A DNA stretch of 64,000 nucleotides, taken from Eledone cirrhosa. Taxonomy: Eukaryota. Below, piece after piece: positions 41,831-54,479 of the stretch (position 1 is its first letter; each line of letters opens with the position of its first letter). The stretch is taken from positions 369,706,001-369,770,000 of the forward strand of contig OZ024740.1 in assembly GCA_964016885.1 (NCBI GenBank), written 5' to 3'. A model generated the notes under the pieces. That model was not told the origin of the DNA and ran no database searches. It saw only the letters and a list, made by a program, of their open reading frames with translations. Position numbers and translations under genes: made by a program.

Positions 41831-42781
41831 GCTGTAGATGAATATAAATAAACAAACAATCAAACAGGCAAAAAAAAAACCCCAAAAAATAAGCATAAGT
41901 TTCATTGTAATGTAATGTTTGACTGTCTGACTTAGTTTTTCCCTTCCCTTCTCTGTCCGTCTGTTTGTTTTTCTCTTCATCTTTCTTTTCTTTACGTTTT
42001 TCGTTGTTGCTGCGCTGCTTTGATTTAGATTTTTGTTTTTTTGATTTTTTGACCGGGTCATCAATTCGGTCTATTTATATATTTTGATGCCTTCCCCTTT
42101 TAGTGGGGACACTACGATGCATGTGTTAGCGGGAGGTAATGGGAGAGTATAGCGGCGGTAGTAATAATGAGGCAGTGGTAGTGGTGGTGGTGGTGGTGGT
42201 GATGTGCTAGTAGTACTTAGCAGGAGGTAGTGGGAGAGAATAGCGGTGGTAGCGATAATGAGGCAGTGGTGGTGGTGATGTGATCGTAGCACTGTAGTGC
42301 TGGTGTTGAAGTTGAAGTAGAAATAGAAGTTGAGGCAACTTGACCAGAGTTTTTAGCGTGGTAGTGGTGGTGGTGTTGGTGGTGAAATTTTCTTCTCTGT
42401 CCACTTAGCCATTTAGCTATTTAGCTAGCTATTTAGTCATTTGGCCATTTTCCTCCTTTTCGACTCCAACATTCCTGATCCAAAATTAAATATTAATATT
42501 GTTCATTAATATTGTCTAGTGATACCGACACCGCCACCTTCCCCTTTCGTAAGTTAACAGAAGGTAATGGGGGAATAGCGGTGGTACCAATGAAGGAGTG
42601 GTGGCGGCGGTGATGGGATAGTGGTAGCAATGATGGATGGGGTGGTGGCGGCGGTGACTATAGTGATGGCGTTGTCGTTACTGAGTTTTGTTGAATAAAC
42701 TGTAGTTTGTTTGTTTGATCGGTGAATCTATGCGGTTAGTCGCGTATGTTTAATATATGTGTTGACATATTTCCTTAATAT

Positions 42782-42945
42782 TTGGCAGTATCTGTAGAGG
42801 CTCGGACGCCATGGTTTCCAGCATAGTTACGTCCCTTTACGATCTGAGTTCAAATCCCGCCGGGGTCGATAAAATAAAGTACCAGTAATGCCTTGTGCCT
42901 AAAGTAGAAACAATTATTATAATAAAATTATTATTATTATTATTA
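42782..42945 (+). mobile_element. SINE family 1 (deleted) with extended (ATT)n tail
   Basis: A and B boxes and CCTTGTGCCTAAAGTAGAAACAATTATT tail. Confidence 0.88.
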
Positions 42946-42949
42946 TAAA

Positions 42950-43736
42950 ATCCCTGGCCTGGCAGTGCTACCGGGGAGCGCTGCCGGTTCGAGATAAACT
43001 CTACAGGCACGGAAGTGCCGTCAGCCGAGCCTGTCCGAGATGCGCGCATAGCGACGAAACCGTTGTGCACGCACTCGTTCAGTGCCCGAGCATTGCTGAC
43101 TTGTGGAGCTATGTCAAACAGTTGCTGTCACGTGTGGGACTGATCCGGTTGTCGACTGAGTCCATTGTGCAGATGGTCTCGCCGTCTTTTTTTTAGGAGG
43201 AACGGCAGGCGGTTTTCATCTCCCTGGTGGCCATGGCGAAAGAGAGTGTGTGGTGGACAAGGTTAAAAGGATTAAAGACAAACACTTTCCTCTTCGGCGA
43301 ATCCCTGATTAACTTTTTCGAGTTTCACTTGAAGAGGAAAATCAGGGTGGAGAGGCAAGTGCTACTTTCTAGCAAGTTTGTTGAAAGGTGGGTGAATGTA
43401 GCGAGAATGGTCCGAGTGAACGAGACCACTCTGAATATACGTCTGTAGTTTGAGAGATGGAAAAATTGAGAGAGGGCGCTTGCCCCGGTAGTCAGGGTGG
43501 CAGTGGTCTTTTGTGTGGTTTTCGCCACGAGTAACCCTCGGAGGTTTCCCCCCTATTGGGGAATTTTTCATTGTTTCAATTTTCATTTCATTGTTTATAT
43601 ATATATATGTGTTATGTCTTTTTTTCTTTTCTTATATAAATAATAAAAATATTTACACGCACAAAACCCACATCGTACCGTCCTGTTCTGTCTGTGATGT
43701 TTTTCTTGATGTCAGCCCTTGTGGCCAATAAAGAAA

Positions 43737-43738
<2 letters not shown>
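42950..43738 (+). mobile_element. Tx1 LINE 3' end (zf-RVT domain and 3' UTR), 5'-truncated
   Basis: LAWQCYRGALPVRDKL..CPRC..ETVVHALVQC..VWWTR; ends AATAAAGAAATC(ATT)n; preceded by (ATT)n. Confidence 0.9.
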
Positions 43739-43776
<38 letters not shown>

Positions 43777-44869
43777 CACACACACACATATATTTATTGA
43801 TATGTGTGTGTGGGATGTGTGTGTGTGTGTGCATGTGTGTGCGTGTGTGCGTGTGTGTGTATGTGTGTGTGTGTGTGTATATGTGTGGGTGTGTGTGTGT
43901 GTTGATGTATGCATACACGCGTGTGTGTATTGAAATCTCATTCTATTTTGCAATAGGGAAACGTTATTTATTCTAGTTCAAATAATAAGCTTATGATGTC
44001 AGACGTTAATACTTTAACATATCTGCCCCTTTTCGGGACAATAGACATACTGAACTCTTTAGGGTTTCGAAAAAAATGAACAAAATAAATATTACTTACA
44101 TTCTCAGGCAACAAGCTCGCAGGAACAATAAAATTATTAGCTTCTGTTGGAAACGAAATTTGAATTAGGAATCATGCTGATTTATAACAAAACATATTGA
44201 AGTTTTCCTCCTGATTTGAACAAAACCGTCTGATGCTATTGGCGATGTAATAAAATTAATCAAGTGTAAATTATAAACGCGTTAACACAATTAGCTACAC
44301 TTTACCAAATCTATATTAGTATTCGGAAATGATTCTTGAGATGCCCTGTTCAGCATGTAAATATATATATATTGTTCAAATAAAAATGTTAATGCTCACA
44401 CACACATGCGTCTTTGCAAGCGTACAGACACACACGCACCTATAATAACCCACACAATAGACAAGTACACATACATACACACTGACGTGTGTGTTCGTTA
44501 CTCCAAGTGAATATATGTGTGTGTATTTGTATATTCATATAGTATATTTTATTTTGTTTTTTTATTGTATTGTAGAGTGTTTTAGAAGTTTTCTTTTTTT
44601 AGTCCAAAATAATATAGATAAAATTAAAATGAAATTTAAAAGAAACAGCAACTTCAACTTGTTTACTTATTTTAGTTTAAAATGGGTTTCATCATCAGCA
44701 ACTGGAGAATGACCTTTGCTATATTCTGCTCAGATGTACCATTTAGTAGTGAAAATAAACAGTTAGGCTTAATTGGAAGATACCATTTATTTCACGCAAA
44801 CCTTGAGTGTTTATGAGAGTTGGTTTTCATATTTCAATTGAATATGACGGCTGTAATTCTAAAATGCCC

Positions 44870-45920
44870 AATAATATCCGCCACCTTCGATCCGTTCTCT
44901 AGCAGAATAGCTCTGTCGAGCTCTTTTAAGGAAGAACCTTCGTCATTCGCGCGGGTTAACGAGGGATGCCATCAGGCCGTATGTAGATCGCCTTGTTTGA
45001 AAAGTATATTAATGTCTCAATGTCATGCCGCAAAAACTGGCGATGGACCTGTGACCTGTACTGGGAGGCATGGTATGGACGAACAAAGATTGCGTTATCC
45101 CGGGACCACAAAGATGGTCCGAAAGGCAGACACACCTTAACTGTTCGAACCTGGAACCCCACAACCTTTACAGGTAAGGAGCAGGAGCTAGTAGAGTAGC
45201 TTAGAGGCAACCGGCTAGATATAGTTGGGATTTCTTGAAAAAGCTCCGTGGCTCTGCTACTATATATGTAAATTGAAAATGGAAACTTCACTATTCAGGT
45301 GTTGCGTCAGAAATGATTGCACATCCGTGGATAGGGATACTCACAAGCATTCACACTCCGTCAGGTCTTCAGGAAATCATGGGAGTATTGTCAAGAGGAA
45401 CATTCTTCTTTTGTCCACCTAGGGATCTAATGTGGAAGGCTAAGCAGGAATATAGGATTGATGGTCAGCTTCTTGCTACCCTGATGTCTCAGTACGAATG
45501 CCCGAGTATTTTCGCTTGGATAAATGGTGCTAAATGGAAGCCATTCAATGTGGGAGTCCGACACCGCCAAAAGTGCGTACTGGAACCTCTCCTGTTCAAT
45601 ATTTACATGAACAGAATTAACACGCGCAGCCGAATTGCAAGTGGTGTCATGACTGTTGCGTGTAAAATCAGTTGGCCGGAATTTGCAGATGACATGGTGT
45701 TACGCAACTCGACAGAAGCTGATCTTTGACTTGCACTTGATAGGTTTGCTGATGAGTGCTGCATGACTGGAAAGAAAATCAGTGCTGCGGCATTCATCCT
45801 GAGACGCTCAAAACTGAGATAATCATCCTCTCAAGGAAGTCTGCGCAGTGTACACAACATGTAAATGGAGTGCCACTAAAGCAGGTAGAGAGGTAGAAGT
45901 GTATCCGGGCCGTGTTCACG
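44870..45920 (+). mobile_element. Old, internally deleted RTE LINE
   Basis: TWNPTTFTGKEQELVE..LDIVGIS (EN) joined to RQKCVLEPLLFNIYM..FADDMVL (RT). Confidence 0.8.
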
Positions 45921-45970
45921 CTTCCTTTCCTCCTTGATTGCCTCAAACACGTAAAATTTTACTCAATTTT

Positions 45971-46045
45971 GCTGTCTGATGAGGTCACGATAATGGTTAA
46001 AGAATCAGCTGATAATGATCGTCATTGAAATATGCATCACGATTT
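45971..46045 (+). ncRNA. Candidate degenerate type I hammerhead ribozyme
   Basis: CTGATGA-GGTCACGAT..ATCGTCATT-GAAA-TATGCA-TC; stem I only about 3 bp. Confidence 0.5.
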
Positions 46046-46065
46046 TATTAATAAAGGAATCCATA

Positions 46066-46262
46066 GGCCAGTTGATTGGCAGTATCGGTGAAGGGTCTGA
46101 CGCCATGCTTTGCAGCAAAGAGTTACGGCCCTTTATGGTCTGAGTTCAAATCCCGCCGAGGTTAACTTTGTCTTTCATCCTTACGGGTGTCGATAAAATA
46201 AAGTACCAGTAATACACTGGGATAATTGCTGGCCTTGTACCAAAAGTAGAAACAATTATTAA
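46066..46262 (+). mobile_element. SINE family 1 with TSD
   Basis: TTATTAATAAAGGA on both sides. Confidence 0.92.
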
Positions 46263-46374
46263 TAAAGGACTCTTTAACATCTACAACTATATATTTCTCA
46301 TTTCTCTCACTCTCTCTCTCACTCTCCCTCTCTCTCTATATATATATCCTCCGCTCTCTCGCTCTCTCTCTCTC

Positions 46375-46485
<111 letters not shown>

Positions 46486-46904
46486 GAGAGAGATGCAAGA
46501 CAATATATATATATATATATAGATAGATAGATAAAGAGATGCGAAACAGACCACAAATCCTCCATCTCGAGTTTACTTTTGAAAATTAACTCTTTTTTTG
46601 TTCGTTTTCTTTTGTTTTTTCATAAAAAACTTCATATTCTTATATATATAAGAAAATGAGTTTCTTTTTATCTATATGATGTGTGTGTGTGCGTGTGTTA
46701 GTTCGGTGTTTAACAACTTTTACAGGCGGCGCACCGTTCAAAGTCCTGAATCATTGTACCTTGAACTGATCGATATCGATACCATAGTAATATGCAAATA
46801 AAGTTTGTTCATCGGCTTCAACACTAACCTAGTCTCTTTAAATAAATATATACATACGCACACTCGTACCTATACATACACAAAAACACTCACACACACC
46901 GATA

Positions 46905-46950
<46 letters not shown>

Positions 46951-47059
46951 TATATCAGCTGTCGGGGTCTTACTGGTTCCTATTACCCACTCTACTACCT
47001 CAAGTATTGAGTACTTTGGTGCGTTATGGTCCACCTGGTTCCTTACCACATTTCCTTCG

Positions 47060-47190
<131 letters not shown>

Positions 47191-47231
47191 TATATACATG
47201 TGTGTGTGTGTGTATGTGTGTGTGTGTGTCA

Positions 47232-47360
47232 AGGCGTATGGCTGAGTGGTTAGATAAGTAGATTCGCAATCGTGAGTTTGTGAGTTCGAGTCCCAGACCG
47301 GGCGATACATTGTGTCCTAGAGCAAGACATTTTATTTCACGTTGCTTCTTCTACCTGGAG
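47232..47360 (+). mobile_element. tRNA-derived SINE, family 2
   Basis: A box TGGCTGAGTGG, B box GAGTTCGAGTCCC, then a TGTGTCCTAGAGCAAGACA core-like block. Confidence 0.8.
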
Positions 47361-47435
47361 TTGCGACCGATAGATAGTATTAGCATTTGGAAAGACCAAT
47401 TGGATTTGTCGAAAGTCGATCGTCAACAAAAAAAA

Positions 47436-47490
<55 letters not shown>

Positions 47491-47492
<2 letters not shown>

Positions 47493-47878
47493 TAAACGGA
47501 ATAGAAAATGCTGACAAATTGTTCACAGTTGAAAAATGATTTAATTAGGAATAAAAGAGTATTAGTGATTGTATGGGTTAGTATTCAGTTGTGGTTTTAA
47601 GTTTTTAAGCTTTTACCGGTTGCGCATTTCTAAATGCTTTTCAAAAATAATTTTGAGATAGAGTGTCCGTGCTGTTTGCTCTGATCAGAGCAAACAGCAC
47701 GGACACTCTATCTCAAAATTATTTTTGAAAAGCATTTAGAAATGCGCAACCGGTAAAAGCTTAAAAACTTAAAACCACAACTGAATACTAACCCATACAA
47801 TCACTAATACTCTTTTATTCCTAATTAAACCATTTTTCAACTGTGAACAATTTGTCAGCATTTTTTATTCCGTTTACC
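47491..47878. repeat. 388-bp spacerless palindrome between TA tracts
   Basis: Centre CTGA|TCAG at 47684/47685; 194-bp arms with 2 mismatches seen. Confidence 0.95.
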
Positions 47879-47915
47879 CATATATAATAACTTGTGTGTT
47901 ACACCTCTATTCTTT

Positions 47916-48025
<110 letters not shown>

Positions 48026-48179
48026 ATATATCTTTAGGTTTGTTGGTTCACCACTGGATAGATTGGTCATTCCGTATGGTCAATCTTGGTGTAATATTGT
48101 GGTCATTGAAATGATCATAGTATAATAAACCTTTCAAGGATTTACACCAGTCCAGCCTCCTGTTATTTTATTTTATTTA

Positions 48180-48251
<72 letters not shown>

Positions 48252-49799
48252 TGTGTGTATAGTGTCAAATGTCCAGATTGAAGTTCATATCATCATGTTT
48301 GCACATCTATCAAACAGCAATCAATGAAATTATTGAACAAGGCATTAATTACTAGAGCACAAATCATTCTGACACTTCTGTGGCAATCGTGTATTGTCGT
48401 GCTTCTAAAACAAACGATATAATCCTTCTCTCACTTTAATACTACTTTGTGTACATTTGATCGTGTCTAATCTACAGCAAGCAGGTTTTCCCTTTGCAGT
48501 GTTATGATATCTCTATATCGTACTGCTATCTAGGAATCGTACATTGTTCTTCCTTTTGCATTACCCGCCTCGATACATCTGTGAATATCATGGACATATT
48601 TCCGCTTCTTCCTATTAAGTCATAAATACCTAAAAACATATGGGCGAGCATAATATACATACATACATGTGTTTTGTGAATATATGTGTGTATATATGGT
48701 ATACCGATATGTTAAGTGCACACATTAGCTCGTATACCTGGAATGAAATCATTTCCTTCTAGGATAATCTATATTTAATTGACAATGTCGGGCACTCCTT
48801 ATCACACTGAGTTAGAGGAAGGTCAAACAAATGTCACCATATAAATAATTACGTTCCCTGCAATTTCCTCCAGCAATACAATTTGTATATTTTTTTCCAT
48901 TAGCGAATGATTTGAGAACACATGGAAATCATGTCCAGAATCTCATAAATTATTTACTATATACTCAAAAATAACAAATGTTAAATAATATAAAGTAAAA
49001 TGTAGAGACAGTGAGATTAAATTGTGCCTATTTAATTGATACTTTAAAATTAACACAAATAATGATAAATAACCGAGGTACACATCCTGCAATGTTTCAA
49101 ATGGCGCCTGTAATAGATAATAGTATGATTATTTGAACTTGAAACTTATTCATGTACATTATTTTCAAAATAGGCATATAATTATGGAGTAATGTAAGCT
49201 TTTACACATTGATAAATTAGATTATAATACATATATTCACTTGAAGTCAAAATATGAATTCACCGACGTGCAGTGGGTATTTGTATGTAGATCGGGTGCA
49301 CATTGCAATACGTTTGCGTTTGTGCGTTATTGGTGGCGATGTGTGTTCGTACTTATGTGTGAACGTGTGTATACTGGTATGTGTGTTTGGCATAAATGTT
49401 TGTTTCTGAGTGTGTATTGTGTTGTTGCTAGTATGTGTGTGAGTGCAAGTGTATGTGCGTATTTGGTGTGCGTTGTGTGGTTGTATGTATAAGTGTATGC
49501 ATGTGCGTAGGCTCCGGGTAAGTTCAGGCTGGTAAAGGGGGTTGAAAGTCACGAGGGCAGATGTAAATGAAATAGAGGGATGTATCCGGAGAGAAAGTCA
49601 AAGCTATAATGAAATAGAATAGAGAAAGGAATTGTAGGTGTGTGAGAGAGAGAGAGAGAAGTAGAGATGGTGGTGGGAGAGTGCTAAGGAAGATTTGGAA
49701 TGTGTGTGTGTGTGTTATATTCGTCGGTCAGTAAAAGTGTAGGGGACAAGTCAATGCCGCACGTTGGGGGGTGGGTTATCAACGATGACAGCTGTGGAT

Positions 49800-50385
49800 A
49801 AAATGGAATAGGCATTTGATAAAAACAAAGCCAATCTCCAACTCATAATCTACAACCAGCAGATTGTTCAAGTTCTGGAGCTTATATATCTCGGTCACAA
49901 ACTATCATCAAACAACAATGGAATGGTTGCTGCGCATTATCGAATCGCTCTAGGTTGGGCAGCTGTCAACAAGAACAAGGAAGTACTAACATGAAAATGG
50001 GTTTCTAAGATCTTTGATACTTACATGCTACCAGTTGTGTGATTTTGTCTTAATTGGACGACAAGGTCACTTCAGAAGCTTTCTACATTCCAGAACAACA
50101 TCATGAGACTTATGACTGGCAAGCGGCTCAGCGACCGTATCTGTATCAGTGAGATGTTCAACATTACCAAACTTCGACCATTTACATCAATTGTCAAGTC
50201 AAGAGTACTCAAACTATACGGCCATATAAAAAGATCAACTCGTGGTGTGAGTAGGTTATGCCTGGAAGGAAGGTTGGCTGGTTGACAATGACTGAATTTA
50301 CTGAATTTACTGCTGGTGATCGAACTTTATGGAGAGAGATATCAAATATTAATACGCAGTCTGCAACTTTAGCGCCACAAGAAGA
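49800..50385 (+). mobile_element. Old RTE-like LINE 3' fragment
   Basis: YLGHKLS, RIALGWAA, KSRVLKLYGHIKR..CLEG remnants. Confidence 0.65.
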
Positions 50386-50896
50386 AGTTGCAGGGAGTGT
50401 GTGTGAAGGGGAATGGTCGTGACAGAGTTCTAAGGAAGAACTGGGTGGTGGGAGTTATATATTGTGGTCAGATGTGGTTTAATGGACTGACTTTGAGGGA
50501 TGGTTGGTGTGTGCGGGAGAAAGTCAGTGCGACGGAATCAAAGCCGTACGGAAGGGGCGCACCAGAATCGTGGGTGGTGGCGGAGATTTGGTGGAGCATG
50601 TATCTCATCTGGGGTGGAGGCGATATGTTTGGTGGTGATGGGTTTGGTGATGGGTTTGGTGGTGTCCGTGGTGGTGGTGGTGGTGGTTGTAGTGTCAGTG
50701 ATGCGCGGAGGAGCAAGCTCACACACGTGAGTGCATATTTTAAAAGATGAAAAAAATGACTTCACTTGTTGTTCTAAACAATTTAATTTTATAATATAAT
50801 TTTACAATTTGGTTTTGTAGAACAAATACCTAACTGTACCAAGGATTTCACACATTTTCCTATATATACATATATATGTATGTATATATATATATA

Positions 50897-51419
50897 TGGA
50901 AAAAATGAAACGAAATTTCATTTCTCACTCTTAGTACGGCTGTTACTTAAATATAAGTATGTATACGTACATACATATATGTATACAGACGTACAGTAGT
51001 ATGTATATATATATACACAAATGCACTCATATATATATGTACGTATGGATTTACCGAACATTTATTATAATACTCGGTTTGTTTGTAAACAAACATCCCG
51101 AATTAAGCCGTACAGTGTTTAGCACACAATTGGTAGCATGTAAGTATCAAAGATCTTAGACTCCAAATAATAGGAAAACCCGTTTTCATGTTGCTAAATA
51201 CTGTACGGCTTAATTCGGGATGTTTGTTTACAAACAAACCGAGCATTATAATAAATGTTCGGTAAATTCATACGTATATATATATATATGTGTGCATGTA
51301 TGTATATATATACATACTACTGTACGTCTGTATACATATATGTATGTACGTATACATACTTATATTTAAGTAACAGCCGTACTAAGAGTAAGAAATGAAA
51401 TTTCGTTTCATGTTTTCCG
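50897..51419. repeat. Fold-back/MITE-like element with about 230-bp inverted arms and a 65-bp spacer, in TA tracts
   Basis: ggaaaa..gaaacgaaatttcatttct..gccgtacagtgtttagca pairs with tgctaaatactgtacggc..agaaatgaaatttcgtttc..ttttcc. Confidence 0.9.
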
Positions 51420-51466
51420 TTTATATATATATATATATATAAAAACAAATAACGTATATTTTTAAC

Positions 51467-51518
<52 letters not shown>

Positions 51519-52829
51519 CATCTTAATCAAAGTCATCATTTCACCTTCTCTAACACTAAGATTCATTCATTTACTAAATTCTAGATAATATACTACAAAT
51601 CAAAGAATCATGAAATAGCAAATAAAATAGATGAATGTGAGCTAATCCTCAACGTTTATTTTTCGCAAAGACTTTCAAACTTCATGAATTGATTTAGATA
51701 TATTTTGAAATCATGCTGTTCTGAAGAGTGGGAGAGGAAACATGCAAGTTGCATCAAGAGTGAGATACAATATTTTTTTCTTGATAACTGAAATTAATAA
51801 TATAATATAAGTATAAGATGTTTGACATTGGAAGTTAGTAATTTCCACCATTCTGCCTGCATTTTGTTGATGTTGTCAACTATTTCGACGATAACTACCA
51901 GTTTCAATTTTGAATGATCGATCGAACTTGTTCATTTCAGATACTGCTCTACAATTCAAAATATACTCGCACCCAATTAAATTATTGACGATATTGATGC
52001 AGTGTAGTCAAAAACTGACAAGGTATCAATACACGAAATATAGATGCCACTATTTATGTTGCCCCTCCCACTAATAAACGAAATAAGTAACGAATAGTTA
52101 ATGTATGAAATTATGGCCATCGTGAAATGGAAAATGAAATTTAAAAAATTTCGTTTCAGTGTCATTCAGTGGAGACATATAAAGAAAAAGTCATAGAGCT
52201 CTCTCAAATAAATAAATATAAAATTAGATTGTATCAAAACAAAAAGAATAAATGATTAAAAACGTAGAAATTATTCAAAATTTAAAAGAACTATTCATCC
52301 AAGAATCATTCAATGTGTAAAATAAAATAACTATTATCCTGTTATGGACCTCCATATTTCGACCTTCAAATCTTAAACTACTTCTTTTTAAAAACAATTT
52401 AAATAAGGTTTTATTTAATAAAAACCGAAATCGGATTTCTCTGTTGATTCCACATGGAGAACACGTGAGTTGAATAAGCAGATGTTTAGAAAATGTTTTT
52501 TATTTGTTTTTCTAATAGTGGAAATTAATTGTATTTTAGCATAAAAGGATTGAATTTATTAGTTAACACATTTTTTCTATATTTGCTATTGTTGTTCATA
52601 TAAACTACAACTACTATCCTATATATTGAAAGAACGAACAAAATTGCTCTTATATTATGTAATTTATTTACCCTTTCTTCTCCAAAAATATTTATTTAGA
52701 TGTCGGTTGAGTGAACAGTTATTTGTAAGTCATGTAAGCATTGTGAGTTTGTAGTCTAGTCTCATCTTAACTATGCATACGTCAGCTACACTATCAAAAC
52801 ATTCATATTATTCTTGTTATATTATTATA

Positions 52830-52942
52830 CAAATCCCGTCGAGGTCAACTTTGCCTTTCATCCTTACGGGGTCGATAAAATAAATGACCAGTAATACACT
52901 GGGGTTTTGCTGACTTTGTGCCAAAAGTAGAAACAATTATTA
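52830..52942 (+). mobile_element. SINE family 1 (5' truncated)
   Basis: Core and tail; ATTATTATACAAAT on both sides. Confidence 0.85.
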
Positions 52943-53044
52943 TACAAATATATAGAGGGCACGTATATATATATATATATGTGTGTATGTATATATATAT
53001 GTGTGTTTGTTGTGTGTGTGTGGTTGTGTGTGTGTATGTGTATG

Positions 53045-53082
<38 letters not shown>

Positions 53083-54479
53083 AATGCCTGTGTGTGTGTG
53101 TATGTGAGTGTGTATGTGTTTGTGTGTGCACTGTGCACACGTATGTTCATATATACATATATACACATATACATACACACACACACACATACATATATAT
53201 ATGCATATCAGTGAATCTTTATCAAGACCGGCTATGAGTATAATTGGCGTACGTCATCCATGTGTATTTTTTTTACTCCGTGTTTTATGCTTTTATTTTT
53301 TGGAAGCCATATGTATCAATCAAAATCAATATTGAACCCTATTCGTATGAATCTTGATTACATTTTGTTTAATTTTCGATATATACTTTTGTATAACGTG
53401 ATTATTAGAGAACCTCATGTCATTCTGTCTCGATGTGAGCATCTACTTTGAAATTCTAACAAACATAAGCGAAAATAAATTGTTTCGTATTCATGACTAA
53501 TCTAACAATGTTCAAGTAAAGAAAAATATTAGTTTTCTTTGGTATCGAATCCCAAATCGGAGAGAAAGTTTGTAATATATATATATATATGTCTGTCTTC
53601 CGTTAGCTAATTTACGGTTTGTCTAACATTAATGACAAAATGTTGGTACAGCTTCAACTTTCCTTACACAACATATCTAATCCATTTCTAGTCACGGGAT
53701 TCACATATTTTTTTCATGTCTGTCGCTTTGAATATTTATAAGTGGCCTAGGTGATAAAACGTCATTCTTCTAAGCAAATATTTAATGATATGTATCTATT
53801 TACTTGTATAATCACAGAATTTAATCTCTCAAGGTTTAACCGACCAATATCTCATGTGACATAATAATGTTTAAAATTCCCCGTTGTTCCAAATACATGT
53901 ATATCATACATATATATCATACATATCATACATATATATTATACATATCATACATATATATCATTCTAATGGCAGAATGTATTATTAGTAATAGACTTGC
54001 TAATGGTTCAAAACACAACAAAGTATGAAAAATACTTCAATATATAACACGCTTCACCAATGTGGTTGATTTGAATCTGCGAATGTAACCCTCAGATGCA
54101 TGAATCAGTTTTAGCATGACGTTTGAGTCTGAATTGATAGCTTCAATTATAGGTTATAGACAATTTGTACAAGAGATGACAGTTGGTGAACTATTACATT
54201 AAATTATTTGATTATTCTCTTGTATTATTGAGTGAATGAGCTGTAAAGAGCGCTGTAAAAGATTTAGGGGAATCGTTAATTTATCTCAGACTTCTTCTTG
54301 ATTATAAGTTTTCATAAATTTAATTTCCTATATCTTCACCTCTAGTATGAACCAACAAGGAAACTTATTTTATTTTCCAAGGCATTCTTGTCTCGGTGGG
54401 TTCCTATTTATTTACCCCTTTATTTTTAATGTCCAAGATTCAGATTCGTAGGTTAGAACTGGTCGTACAATGATTTAGT

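Noticed and set aside
33365-43738. One Tx1 element interrupted by a 6-kb insertion
   Set aside because: Most of RT is missing between the pieces, no TSD brackets the insert, and the 3' piece starts after its own (ATT)n tract.
45749-45790. CTGATGA..GAAA..TC hammerhead-like string
   Set aside because: Lies inside RTE coding remnant; stems I and II do not pair convincingly.
47232-47305. tRNA gene (also the heads of SINE family 1)
   Set aside because: A and B boxes are present but there is no complete cloverleaf, and a SINE core follows.
51720-51762. CTGAAGA..GAAA..TC hammerhead-like string
   Set aside because: No stem II pairing between the core segments.
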